32,000 nucleotides of DNA from Aliivibrio fischeri ES114 (lineage in GTDB: Bacteria > Pseudomonadota > Gammaproteobacteria > Enterobacterales > Vibrionaceae). The position numbers and the translations under genes are program-made. The notes beneath the pieces are model-generated. The model searched no databases and was not told where the DNA came from. It saw only the letters and a list, made by a program, of their open reading frames with translations. Below, piece after piece: positions 10,355-20,036 of the stretch; within the stretch, counting starts at the first letter, position 1; each line of letters starts with the position of its first letter. The stretch is from NCBI RefSeq assembly GCF_000011805.1, contig NC_006840.2; one strand, written 5' to 3'.

Positions 10355-10821
10355 AAAAACTATATGTAATAGCTGTGCTTTTATTTTTATCGGGTTGTGC
10401 TGACCATATTAATGAAAAGCAGGGGACTCATATTAATGTTATTCCTGTGACGTATTCTTTTTCAATTAATAGTCAGAGTGATGACATTATAAAAAATAAA
10501 CTAAATACGTTTATTAATCATCATGGACTTAAAAATAAAAAAGGCTATTGGGAAATATCTATATATAAAGACGATGTAAAAGAGCAAGAAATTAAGTATC
10601 AACAACTTTTAGGTGAATTTGGTTATACCATTAATCAAATAAAAACAGTTGAACTACAAGATAAACCTTATTTTATAGTTACGGTTTCATTTATTACTCA
10701 AAAAATTGAATATCAAATTTGTGGTTATGAGCAAATCGATTATTACGGCTCTAATAATATCGGTTGTTATACCGAAAGTAATCGCTGGCATTCGATGGTT
10801 AATCCTGAAAATGCAATGTAA
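10351..10821 (+). CDS. Pilus-assembly lipoprotein, CpaD-like (in the RcpB slot)
   Basis: Lipobox LLFLSGC. The C-terminus GCYTESNRWHSMVNPENAM resembles the GC...N....V.NP motif I recall from CpaD-family lipoproteins. Its start overlaps the rcpA stop (ATGA). Confidence 0.6.
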   Translation: MKKLYVIAVLLFLSGCADHINEKQGTHINVIPVTYSFSINSQSDDIIKNKLNTFINHHGLKNKKGYWEISIYKDDVKEQEIKYQQLLGEFGYTINQIKTVELQDKPYFIVTVSFITQKIEYQICGYEQIDYYGSNNIGCYTESNRWHSMVNPENAM

Positions 10822-10870
10822 CTACCTCGCAAAGAGCTAGTGTAATTAACATCATATTATTGGAGCTATT

Positions 10871-12109
10871 ATGTTTGATTTGGCAGAGCGTTTAAGTTCG
10901 AACAAAAGTAATGAAAGTAAATTAAGCCATAAGTTAAAAACAATGCTGTTTTACCAGACAGAAGAGTGCCGTTCATTGGTTAATGAATCTTTTCGATTTG
11001 ATGGTAAGGATGAACCTAAATGCGTTAAAAATCGTGATGAAGAGTTTCGCCAGATTGATTTATTAAATCCACCTGAAGTGGTGATTATTGAACTAAATGC
11101 CAGTCAAGATGTAGTTCAAGATGCACAGCGATTAGCTCATTTATTACCAAGCCAAGTATCTGTAGTTATTGTTGGCTCTGAAGACGCAATTTCAACGATT
11201 CGTTTACTTAAAGAGATGGGTTTTTATTACCTGTTTTGGCCCGTAAGCAAGCAAGAATGTTCAGATTTTATGAAGCACGTTCTTGATAACCATGAGCAAC
11301 ATCGAGGTTTGATGGCCAATCGAAAATCTAAGCGAGTTGCTATGGTTGGTGTGAAAGGCGGTGTTGGCACTTCTCTTATTAGTAGTGAAGTATCTCGAAT
11401 GCTTTCATTTGATAAAGGCGTTTCAACTCTCCTTGTTGATCATAATTATCATGGCGGAAATCTTGATATTTTTATGGGGTTAAAGCAGCACCAAAAAAGA
11501 ATCGTTCAAAAAGGAACATTAATTTCAAATATTGATGGTACTTATGCTCTTGGTTTAATTCGTAAAATTACGCCAATGTTGTCGATGTTAGCTATCGATT
11601 CTGATGAATTGAACGCGCAAGAATTGAAAGAATATACGCTGGCAGTACAAGAGCAGGCGCTTAAAAATTCAAGTGTGATGATTGAAGATCATGCTCATTT
11701 AATTCGTAATGAAGATGACATTATTAAGCTCTTGCAACAGGTTGATGTTTTAGTACTTGTTTTTGATGCAACGGTTTCGTCATTACGTGATTACAATCGA
11801 TTAAATCAGTTAGTTAAGAAGAATAATCTAGATAACCAAACCCGTGTTATTTCGGTACTGAATTCATCACGTCCGAGTAATAGCGGTTCGGTTTCGGCTG
11901 AAGAAATTGAAAAGTACAGCGGGCAAAGAGCAACCATCAGTATTCCATATGATGATAAAGCACCGCAATACGTACTTGAAGGGTTACAAATCGTAAAAAC
12001 TAAATCAGCTATGGCACTGCCTCTTATGAATTTAGTTGCTTTGATTTTAGGTGAAGAACCAAAGCAAGAAAGCCGTTCATTTTTGAGTTTCTTTAAAAAG
12101 AAAGGGTAG
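10871..12109 (+). CDS. tadZ: TadZ/CpaE localisation ATPase-like protein
   Basis: N-terminal receiver-like domain followed by a MinD/ParA fold with the atypical Walker A VGVKGGVGTS, which lacks the GK[ST] lysine as is typical of TadZ. It lies before tadA. Confidence 0.85.
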   Translation: MFDLAERLSSNKSNESKLSHKLKTMLFYQTEECRSLVNESFRFDGKDEPKCVKNRDEEFRQIDLLNPPEVVIIELNASQDVVQDAQRLAHLLPSQVSVVIVGSEDAISTIRLLKEMGFYYLFWPVSKQECSDFMKHVLDNHEQHRGLMANRKSKRVAMVGVKGGVGTSLISSEVSRMLSFDKGVSTLLVDHNYHGGNLDIFMGLKQHQKRIVQKGTLISNIDGTYALGLIRKITPMLSMLAIDSDELNAQELKEYTLAVQEQALKNSSVMIEDHAHLIRNEDDIIKLLQQVDVLVLVFDATVSSLRDYNRLNQLVKKNNLDNQTRVISVLNSSRPSNSGSVSAEEIEKYSGQRATISIPYDDKAPQYVLEGLQIVKTKSAMALPLMNLVALILGEEPKQESRSFLSFFKKKG

Positions 12110-12115
12110 TAAAAA

Positions 12116-13405
12116 ATGAACAATAATAAAGCGCTGTATATTCAATTAAGAACTCAAATATTTAATGCGTTAGAGCCTGAAGCGTTAAATAAGTTAACCA
12201 AACAAGAGCTGACTCAACAACTATCGAATGCGGTAGATCTACTTATCGATAGAGAGCAATTACCCGTCTCTCTTATTATGAAAAATGAGTACGTAGAAAG
12301 CCTAGTCAATGAACTTGTTGGCTTAGGACCATTACAAAATTTAATGGATGATGAAACTATTACTGACATCATGATTAATGGTCATGAAAATGTATTTATT
12401 GAGCGAGATGGTTTAGTCGAGAAAGTCAGTGTTAATTTTATTGATGAGCAACAACTGATTGATATTGCAAAACGCATTGCGAGTCGTGTTGGCCGTCGAG
12501 TTGATGAATCAAGTCCGACTTGTGATGCACGCTTAGAAGATGGGAGTCGTGTCAATATAGTGATCCCACCAATTGCTATTGATGGAACTTCAATTTCTAT
12601 TCGTAAGTTTAAAAAGCAGAGTATTGCCTTTTCTGACTTAGTTGAATTTGGTGCCATGAGCAAAGAAATGGCGCAAATACTGATGGTTGCTTCACGCTGT
12701 CGTTTGAATATTTTAATTTCAGGCGGTACGGGGTCGGGTAAAACAACCATGCTAAATGCGTTATCTCAGTTCATTTCTGAAGGCGAACGTATTGTCACAA
12801 TTGAAGATGCGGCAGAATTAAAACTACAGCAGCCTCACGTTGTTCGTTTAGAAACCCGAACATCAGGTATTGAAGGAACAGGTGTCGTCTCTCAACGTGA
12901 TTTAGTGATTAACTCATTACGTATGCGTCCTGATCGAATTATTGTGGGTGAATGTCGTGGTGGAGAGGCGTTTGAAATGCTTCAAGCGATGAATACGGGC
13001 CATGATGGATCAATGTCTACATTGCATGCCAATTCACCAAGAGATGCATTATCACGAGTTGAAGCCATGGTGATGATGGCAACGAATAACTTACCCTTAG
13101 AAGCGGTAAGAAGAACCATTGTCAGTGCTGTCGATATCGTTATTCAAATTAGTCGCTTACACGATGGAACTCGAAAAGTGATGAGCATTTCTGAAGTGGT
13201 GGGACTGGAAGGAAATAACGTTGTTCTTGAAGAAATATTCGCTTTTAAACCAAATAAAGAACAAAACGAAGATGGAAAAGTAAAAGGTAACTATTTTACT
13301 TCCGGCTTAATGCAACGCTCTGTGTTGATGGAAAAAGCACGATTCTTTGGTATGGAAGAAAAAATACAATCAGCATTTAGAGCCCCTTACGCAGAGGTAC
13401 AGTAA
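12116..13405 (+). CDS. tadA: Tad secretion ATPase TadA/CpaF
   Basis: Walker A SGGTGSGKTT, Walker B/Asp box RPDRIIVGECRGGEA and His box TGHDGSMSTLHAN. Confidence 0.95.
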   Translation: MNNNKALYIQLRTQIFNALEPEALNKLTKQELTQQLSNAVDLLIDREQLPVSLIMKNEYVESLVNELVGLGPLQNLMDDETITDIMINGHENVFIERDGLVEKVSVNFIDEQQLIDIAKRIASRVGRRVDESSPTCDARLEDGSRVNIVIPPIAIDGTSISIRKFKKQSIAFSDLVEFGAMSKEMAQILMVASRCRLNILISGGTGSGKTTMLNALSQFISEGERIVTIEDAAELKLQQPHVVRLETRTSGIEGTGVVSQRDLVINSLRMRPDRIIVGECRGGEAFEMLQAMNTGHDGSMSTLHANSPRDALSRVEAMVMMATNNLPLEAVRRTIVSAVDIVIQISRLHDGTRKVMSISEVVGLEGNNVVLEEIFAFKPNKEQNEDGKVKGNYFTSGLMQRSVLMEKARFFGMEEKIQSAFRAPYAEVQ

Positions 13406-14322
13406 TGTCTTGGATTGCAATCGGTATTGGCTTAATTTTATTGGGCTTTGCTTTTGGTGATAAGCCGGTAAAAAAGAGTCAATATTTAGAAAAACTAAAT
13501 GTGACCCAGTTTGTTGATGATCTTAATAGCACAGAGCAAGCGATCAATTTAGCTTCCTTAACAGAGCGAACGTTTCGACAAAAACTTGAGTTTATTTGGA
13601 AAAACATAGCGAGACAATTAGGTAATGGTGCTGCGTTAAAACTGGTTTTTTCCATATGTGTTTTTGCTTTAATAGGCCTGTTGATTAACCGTTCTATGAT
13701 TCATGCCTCGCCTTATATTGTGGTCTTTATTGCTATCGTAATAGGACTGATTTGGGGATATGTTTGGCTTCAAGAAAAAGAGAAAAAACAATTTAATGAG
13801 CGCTTTCCGGATGCTCTTAATATGCTATCGAGTGCGGTATCGGCAGGTGAAAGTATCACTCATGCGATTGCTTTTGTGGGCAAGAAACTTGAGGGTGATG
13901 TGGGCAAAGAATTTAAAATAATGGGAGAGCGTTTGCAGCTTGGTGAGAGTCCAGATGAAGTCTTTAAGAAATCATGTGTTCGTTTCCCTTATCCTGCTTT
14001 TCGTTTTTTTGTTATTACATTACGAGCAAACATGAACCGAGGTGGTCAATTAAGGGATGTTATTTCACGGTTGAACCGTTTGATGTTTGATGCGAGAGCT
14101 GTAGAGAGAAAGAAATACGCTCTAACATCAGAAGCCAGAATATCGGCAAAAATAGTCTGTGCGACACCTTTTTTCTTTTTGTTTATTTTGCAGTTCCTCA
14201 GCCCTGAAAATTATGAATTCGTCATGTTTCACGCTGAAGGTAGACCTATTTTATATTATGTACTCATTAGTGAAGCTATAGGGATGCTTATTATTTGGGG
14301 CTTATTAAAAGGAACCAAGTAA
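13405..14322 (+). CDS. tadB: Tad platform protein TadB (T2SS F-like)
   Basis: Polytopic membrane protein with a cytoplasmic T2SSF-like domain. Its start overlaps the tadA stop (TAATG at 13403-13407). Confidence 0.85.
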   Translation: MSWIAIGIGLILLGFAFGDKPVKKSQYLEKLNVTQFVDDLNSTEQAINLASLTERTFRQKLEFIWKNIARQLGNGAALKLVFSICVFALIGLLINRSMIHASPYIVVFIAIVIGLIWGYVWLQEKEKKQFNERFPDALNMLSSAVSAGESITHAIAFVGKKLEGDVGKEFKIMGERLQLGESPDEVFKKSCVRFPYPAFRFFVITLRANMNRGGQLRDVISRLNRLMFDARAVERKKYALTSEARISAKIVCATPFFFLFILQFLSPENYEFVMFHAEGRPILYYVLISEAIGMLIIWGLLKGTK

Positions 14323-15194
14323 TGTCAGATTGGTATTTATTTATATCCATTACGCTTATTTCATTTGGCTTGATGCTTATTGTCTATTTAAGCATTACAA
14401 AGTTTTTAAGAGAAAAGCAGTTACATGTGTTAAGTGGCAATAATCAAAAAATAAAAGAGAACGAACTTGGGGGATGGTTAAAAAATAAAGCTTCCGAACT
14501 TAATCCTGACGAAGAAGAAATTAAACAAAAATTACGTCAAGCTGGTTGGGAGAATACTCAATATGTACACCTGTTTATGCCAATTAAATACAGTGTACTA
14601 CTGATTGGTGAAGTTATTTTTGGTATCGCTTATTACCAATCGTTTCTATCAAGTACAGCTTGGGTTATTGCCGCATCGTTATGGATGGTTTTTGTGATTA
14701 TTGCTCCCGATATGTATTTACAAGCAAAGATAAAAGCCAGAGTTCACCGAGTTTCAACCCAAATGCCTTATCTATTGGATTTAATGGCGGTATGTGTTCA
14801 AACGGGGATGACGGTTGAAGCCTCTCTTAGTTATTTAGTGAAAGAGATGAAAGGCTTTAATAAGGACTTAACTCAAGTATTAACCAAAATGAATGAACGC
14901 TCTCGTATGGTGGGGTTAGAAAAGTCATTAGAAGAGATGTACGTAGAAATACCCTCTAATGAAATGCGTAGTTTTGTGATGACATTAACGCAGAGCATGC
15001 ATTACGGTTCATCTATTTATAACGTTTTAACCACGTTGGCATCAGATATTAGAGAAGTACAGATGCTGGAATTAGAAGAGCGAATAGGGAAGTTAGCAGC
15101 AAAGATGTCAGTTCCACTGATCGTATTCATTATGATCCCTATTGTTATTTTAATTGCAGCACCAGGTGTAATGAGGTTGATGTTAAATGCTTAA
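14322..15194 (+). CDS. tadC: Tad platform protein TadC (T2SS F-like)
   Basis: A paralogue-type partner of TadB. ATG 14322 (MSDWYLF...) overlaps the tadB stop by 1 nt (TAATG). The track start at 14295 is an extension. Confidence 0.85.
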   Translation: MSDWYLFISITLISFGLMLIVYLSITKFLREKQLHVLSGNNQKIKENELGGWLKNKASELNPDEEEIKQKLRQAGWENTQYVHLFMPIKYSVLLIGEVIFGIAYYQSFLSSTAWVIAASLWMVFVIIAPDMYLQAKIKARVHRVSTQMPYLLDLMAVCVQTGMTVEASLSYLVKEMKGFNKDLTQVLTKMNERSRMVGLEKSLEEMYVEIPSNEMRSFVMTLTQSMHYGSSIYNVLTTLASDIREVQMLELEERIGKLAAKMSVPLIVFIMIPIVILIAAPGVMRLMLNA

Positions 15195-15927
15195 AAAATT
15201 ACTTCTAGTCTCTACAGTTCTTTTATTGTCGGCATGCAGTTCTCGTCAATACAGTGAAAGTTCATTAACTCAGTCAAAAATTGATATTTATGAGCAAACA
15301 CAAAATTACGTCGCTTTATCTGATTTATATAAAGCGGAATTGAAAAAAGAGGATTCTGAAGAAATACGAGAAGCCCTTGCTGCCGCATTATTGCATTTAG
15401 AAGATCCTGAAAGTGCGTTGTTCTATTTAAAACCAAACATTGAAAATGGAGCAAGCTTTCAAAGTTATTACCTTCAAGCTTCTGCTTTAGGAGACTTAGG
15501 AAAATATCCTCAAGCAATAAAAGCAGCCTTACTTTCATTGGAAGAAAACCCTGATAACCCTGAAACGGAAAACTTATTAGGGATTTTATATGGTCATGAA
15601 TATCAATATGAAAAGTCACGCAGATACTTTCAAAAAGCACAGTTGCATTTTTATGATAGCAATACGATAGCCAATAATTTAGCGGTTTTGGATATTGCCG
15701 AAGGTAATTACAAACGAGCCGCACAACGATTATTGCCAGTTTATCGTAGCGGACAAGCTAATGAACAAGTGATGGCCAATTTAATACTAAGCATGGCTAA
15801 AGAGCAGAATCTTGAATTTATTCAGGCTGTGCTAGGTGATAAACACACAAAAAAAGAAATTGAACGTATTTATCAATCATTACAACGATTTAATTCTTTA
15901 GATATTGATACAAAGAAAAGCGTTTAG
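15187..15927 (+). CDS. tadD: TPR lipoprotein TadD
   Basis: Lipobox LLLSAC and TPR-like repeats. It overlaps tadC by 8 nt. Confidence 0.8.
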   Translation: MLKKLLLVSTVLLLSACSSRQYSESSLTQSKIDIYEQTQNYVALSDLYKAELKKEDSEEIREALAAALLHLEDPESALFYLKPNIENGASFQSYYLQASALGDLGKYPQAIKAALLSLEENPDNPETENLLGILYGHEYQYEKSRRYFQKAQLHFYDSNTIANNLAVLDIAEGNYKRAAQRLLPVYRSGQANEQVMANLILSMAKEQNLEFIQAVLGDKHTKKEIERIYQSLQRFNSLDIDTKKSV

Positions 15928-15935
15928 GGTGATAT

Positions 15936-16421
15936 ATGAGAAATAAACAAAACGGTTCAGCTTCTATTGAATTTGTAATGGGTTTTATGGCGTTTTGGTT
16001 TATGTGTATGGCATGGGTTGAAATGAGTTACATGTCTTATATTTCAGCCATAAATGACCTCGCGATTTCAGAAGTATCTCGAAGTGCTAAGAAAGGTGAA
16101 GAGCGTTATTTAGATATTGTTGATGAGGTTTTATATCGTGATAACAGCATTTGGAACACGGTGATCTCTGCGGATAATTTTAGAGTATCAATCCAGTATC
16201 TGCCGACTATTGAAGCTTTAGAATCAGAGAAGAAAGGATGCCCAATCCCTGAAGGGCAACGAACTCGAGAGTGTGGAGATGAGGGTAATAATGCACTAGC
16301 AATTTATCGAATTGACTATGATTTTCATCCTATTTTCTCTTATGTATTTAGTCGCTCAGCTAATTTGAGCCGTGAAATGATAGTGGTACAAGAGTATGAA
16401 CGATCGCAATTTGAAATCTAA
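15936..16421 (+). CDS. tadE: TadE-like pseudopilin
   Basis: MRNKQNG/SASIEFVMGF carries a prepilin-like G/xxxxEF site (Glu at +5) followed by a hydrophobic helix. Confidence 0.8.
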   Translation: MRNKQNGSASIEFVMGFMAFWFMCMAWVEMSYMSYISAINDLAISEVSRSAKKGEERYLDIVDEVLYRDNSIWNTVISADNFRVSIQYLPTIEALESEKKGCPIPEGQRTRECGDEGNNALAIYRIDYDFHPIFSYVFSRSANLSREMIVVQEYERSQFEI

Positions 16422-16944
16422 ACAACGTGGGATTTTTAGTATTGAATTCGCGATTGTTGGTATCTGCTTTAGTTTACTTCTCGCTTTTAGCGGGGATGTG
16501 ATTATTAAGTTATCCATAAAAGGTAAATTGGATCGTCTTTCTTATTCTTTGGTTAATGTACTAAAAGAGCGAACTCAGCTTTATGGTATGGACTATCAAT
16601 TAACATCTGAAGAAGTAGACAGCTTAAATAAGATAGCAAAAAACTCACTTTCAAGAACGTTTGGTAATTTTGATGCTAATAAATACGGCATGTTAGTGGA
16701 GGAACTGAGTTTTTCTGAAGTGGATGTGCCTAATCCAGTAATTAGTGAGCATCGTGGTGCAGAAACATGTCATGTAAATAAATCTATCGGTCAGTTAAAA
16801 GAACTTACCGTGCTTAGTGTAAGAGGGCGAACTATGCCTCTGTATCGTGTAGCGCTTTGTTATGAAAGTGATAACTGGTTTGGTGATTTGGTAGATAAAA
16901 TCTATACCACGGTGATGTCTGATTCTATTGTTATTGGTCGATGA
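16396..16944 (+). CDS. tadF: TadF-like pseudopilin
   Basis: MNDRNLKSKQRG/IFSIEFAIVG carries the same G/xxxxEF site. It overlaps tadE by 26 nt. Confidence 0.75.
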   Translation: MNDRNLKSKQRGIFSIEFAIVGICFSLLLAFSGDVIIKLSIKGKLDRLSYSLVNVLKERTQLYGMDYQLTSEEVDSLNKIAKNSLSRTFGNFDANKYGMLVEELSFSEVDVPNPVISEHRGAETCHVNKSIGQLKELTVLSVRGRTMPLYRVALCYESDNWFGDLVDKIYTTVMSDSIVIGR

Positions 16945-18338
16945 TAATGAAATTAAAAAAACAACAATCAGGCCACGCCGCTATTTTATTTGTTATGTGC
17001 ATTCCTGTTTTATTTGGCGTTTTTACATTAGCGTCGGATGGTGCAAGAGCCTTGCAATCAAAAGCTCGATTAGAAGACGCTGCAGAGGCTGCCGTATTAG
17101 CCGTTTCTGCATATGGTGAAGAGGATGAAGTTTCAACGCAAACCGGCAAAGACTATGTCGCCCACTACATGCACGATATGTCGAATTTGGTGGATATTGA
17201 GGTTGAGAAGCTCGAATGTTCAGAGCTACCTGAATGTACTGCTGATGATAATGATAGACCATTTGTTGAGTATCAGGTCTCTGGAAGAACAAAACATAAA
17301 TCATGGTTTCCTGGTAATGATGTAACCGTTGGATTTGGTGAATCATTTGATGTTACAGGCATGTCTAAAGCGCGTAAGTTTCAAAGCAGCCAGCCTATGG
17401 ATATCACTTTTATTCTCGATTTTTCTGGATCTATGAATTATGACTGGGAAGGGCATGCTCCGTCTTATATGGAAGAAGAGGTTCCAAAAGTTCCGGGGCG
17501 TTATTCACCTCCATCACGATTAAGTGATTTAAAAGATGTGGTTCAAATGGTGACAGATGAACTGCAAGTTTATAACAACTCAACGACAGGCCCAAAGCAT
17601 CGTGTCGCAATGACAGGTTATAACCGTCGAACGGTTAACGAATCGAGTAATGGTAAATTTGTTATACGAGATCAGCGGATCACTAAATATAACTCTGATG
17701 GCTATGACGCAGGTGATAAGTTTTATCCTAAGAAAACCATTAATAAGCAATTTATGGTTAAAGGGGCTGCTGCTAGGGTTCCGAATGGCGATGAGAAAGC
17801 TGAGTTTACCGATATTATGTACACCTCTGATTTTGCTTCGTTTAATCATAAAATTAAATCATTTGAAGCCTTTGGTGGCACAGCATCACTACAAGGAATT
17901 ATTCGAGCAAGCCAGATTGTCTCTTACCATATAACTAATGATGGTGAAGAAGCCAACCCTAAGCAATTAATTATTATTTTATCTGATGGGGAGGATTTTA
18001 ATCACTATTTAGGACAAACAGAAACCTTAGTAGATTATGGTATGTGTGACAATTTACGTAATGCCATTGAAGGTGGTCCTGTCTCTTCTGAAGATAATAA
18101 AGCAGATAAAATTGTTTTCTCTAGTGGTAGTAGCTCAGGATTACCGACGAATACAGGTGAAGATCCTAGTGTAAGGATTGCAATGATTGGCTTTGGTGAT
18201 GGCTATGATATTCATGCTAATACTGGGCTGCTAAATTGTGTGGGAGAAGAGAACGCATTTAGTGCAAATAATAAAGATGAAATTTTAAATTTAATTATGT
18301 CATTGGTATCAGAAGAAGTCGGGCATTTAGCTCAATAA
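16941..18338 (+). CDS. tadG: TadG-like protein with von Willebrand factor A domain
   Basis: N-terminal TadG-type hydrophobic segment (GHAAILFVMCIPVLFGVF) and a vWA/MIDAS motif DITFILDFSGSM. Its start overlaps the tadF stop (ATGA). ATG 16947 is an alternative start. Confidence 0.8.
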   Translation: MIMKLKKQQSGHAAILFVMCIPVLFGVFTLASDGARALQSKARLEDAAEAAVLAVSAYGEEDEVSTQTGKDYVAHYMHDMSNLVDIEVEKLECSELPECTADDNDRPFVEYQVSGRTKHKSWFPGNDVTVGFGESFDVTGMSKARKFQSSQPMDITFILDFSGSMNYDWEGHAPSYMEEEVPKVPGRYSPPSRLSDLKDVVQMVTDELQVYNNSTTGPKHRVAMTGYNRRTVNESSNGKFVIRDQRITKYNSDGYDAGDKFYPKKTINKQFMVKGAAARVPNGDEKAEFTDIMYTSDFASFNHKIKSFEAFGGTASLQGIIRASQIVSYHITNDGEEANPKQLIIILSDGEDFNHYLGQTETLVDYGMCDNLRNAIEGGPVSSEDNKADKIVFSSGSSSGLPTNTGEDPSVRIAMIGFGDGYDIHANTGLLNCVGEENAFSANNKDEILNLIMSLVSEEVGHLAQ

Positions 18339-18353
18339 CGTCGAGAGTAAATT

Positions 18354-19013
18354 ATGAAAAAAATATGTGTGTTATTGGCTTTATTTTCTGCCAATGTTTT
18401 ATCTGCTGAGAAAAATAATAACCAAGAATTTAATCAGTTACTTGATTATTATTGTGGAACTGAGAGTGTTGAGTTTCAGGAACAAGTAACCATTGGTGAA
18501 GGTAAGCAAATCTTGTTTCATCAAGGACCATTTATGCAAGTAAATACTGAATTATCGCCTGATGTTATTAAGCGAACATTCAGTAATGCAATGCAACAAG
18601 CAAATCTGAGTAGCCAGTGCAGTGAGTATTTATTAAGTTATGCTGAGGTCGTTGAGGATAATGTAGAACAAAAATTATTTGCTCGAGTACTATTTAATTT
18701 TGATCAATATTCTTTAACGGAACGTTCAAAGTATATTCTTCAAAGCGTAACGGAAAAACTAGAGACACAAAAAGATACGGTGTTACTTAATGGTCACACT
18801 GATAATAAAGGCAGAGAGAACTACAATATTAATTTAGGATTAGCTCGTTCAAATAGCGTAAAGGCATTTTTATTGGCTCAAGGTGCTAGCAAAGAGCAGT
18901 TAGAATCTTATTCATTTGGAGAGCAACAGCCGATTGATGACAATACCACATTGGAAGGTCAGCACCATAATCGCCGAGTTGATATTGAGAAAAAAGCTAA
19001 CGAAACTAATTGA
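18354..19013 (+). CDS. OmpA-family peptidoglycan-binding protein (last gene of the tad operon)
   Basis: Signal peptide MKKICVLLALFSANVLSA and a C-terminal OmpA-like domain (LNGHTDNKGRENYNINLGLARSNSVKAFL...NRRVDI). GAGAG (18343-18347) precedes the ATG. Confidence 0.8.
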   Translation: MKKICVLLALFSANVLSAEKNNNQEFNQLLDYYCGTESVEFQEQVTIGEGKQILFHQGPFMQVNTELSPDVIKRTFSNAMQQANLSSQCSEYLLSYAEVVEDNVEQKLFARVLFNFDQYSLTERSKYILQSVTEKLETQKDTVLLNGHTDNKGRENYNINLGLARSNSVKAFLLAQGASKEQLESYSFGEQQPIDDNTTLEGQHHNRRVDIEKKANETN

Positions 19014-19024
19014 TAGTTAAAGAT

Positions 19025-19066
19025 AGGCGGTGTTACTAACGAAAGGTTGGAATACCGCCTTTGTTT
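19025..19066. terminator. Weak hairpin at the convergent tad / kinase junction
   Basis: AGGCGGT (19025-19031) / ACCGCCT (19054-19060) with a large 22-nt loop, followed by TTGTTTG. The structure is only moderate. Confidence 0.35.
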
Positions 19067-19067
19067 G

Positions 19068-20030
19068 CTAAATAGGTAGCTTTATTTTTAGTAGTGCACC
19101 TAAACGTTTATTCTCTGGAGTGTCAAACCAAATACTTCCATTATATTTCTCAATAATATCAGCACATAAAGCAAGTCCTAATCCGGTACCTGCATTCAGT
19201 TTATCAGCTCTAACGCCTCGTAAAAATAACGATTCTTTTTGTTCTTCAGGAATTGATGGGCCATCATTTTCAATGCTCAATATATAATCGTTACTATATT
19301 GTTTAATGGTAATAACGATCTTTGTCGATGCGAATCGAAAACTATTCTCTAGAGTGTTACCTAGTATTTCCATCAAATCATTTTTTTCTATTGGTAGCTT
19401 TTGTTCTTCATTGATAAAACAACAAACCTCAATTTCTTTTTCATGGTAGATCTTACTAAACATGGAGAGTAACCCTTGTAATGGTTCACTTACCACAGTT
19501 GTTGTTGGTTTTAATTCTTTAATATTTAATGTGGCTCTTTGTAACTGACCTTGGATAACATCATCCATTAAAGTTAATTGTTGAGAGAGCTTTTCTGTTG
19601 ATTCGGCTTGCAGATCCTGTAGCAATAGTTTTGATGCGATAACATGATTTTTTAAACTATGAGCTAAATCATCGAGTGTTTTTTTGTATTGTTCTTCTTT
19701 TTCTTTTGCTTGAAAGAGGGCACGGTTAGTTGAGTGGTAAATTGATGTTAATTCTGATTCAGTGTCACTTGGTTGAGTAAAGAAACCTTCTTTCATGTTT
19801 TGGATGCGTTTTAACTCTCGTTTTCTCTTCTTTATCGGTTTAATTGCCCATTGGTAACTAAAGTAAATAAAGACGATGAAACTTAGCAATGTTCCCACCG
19901 TAATTAATATTATTGGTTGTTCCGTTTGCTTATATATTAGAAACAAAATTGGAGTACTAAAGAGCAGAATTCCTAGGATTAAAGAAAAAAAGATCCGATA
20001 AAATCCATAATTATTATTTAGATTTGTCAT
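19068..20030 (-). CDS. PhoQ-like sensor histidine kinase paralogue lacking a periplasmic sensor domain (320 aa)
   Basis: Two TM helices are separated only by KQTEQP. H-box LDDLAHSLKNH, N-box MEILGNTLENSFRFA, and G-boxes IENDGPSIP and GTGLGLALC. Confidence 0.85.
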   Translation of the reverse strand: MTNLNNNYGFYRIFFSLILGILLFSTPILFLIYKQTEQPIILITVGTLLSFIVFIYFSYQWAIKPIKKRKRELKRIQNMKEGFFTQPSDTESELTSIYHSTNRALFQAKEKEEQYKKTLDDLAHSLKNHVIASKLLLQDLQAESTEKLSQQLTLMDDVIQGQLQRATLNIKELKPTTTVVSEPLQGLLSMFSKIYHEKEIEVCCFINEEQKLPIEKNDLMEILGNTLENSFRFASTKIVITIKQYSNDYILSIENDGPSIPEEQKESLFLRGVRADKLNAGTGLGLALCADIIEKYNGSIWFDTPENKRLGALLKIKLPI

Positions 20031-20036
20031 TATTAC

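Noticed and set aside
14295-14321. Upstream extension of tadC
   Set aside because: ATG 14322 forms the typical TAATG coupling junction with tadB. The extension lies wholly inside tadB.
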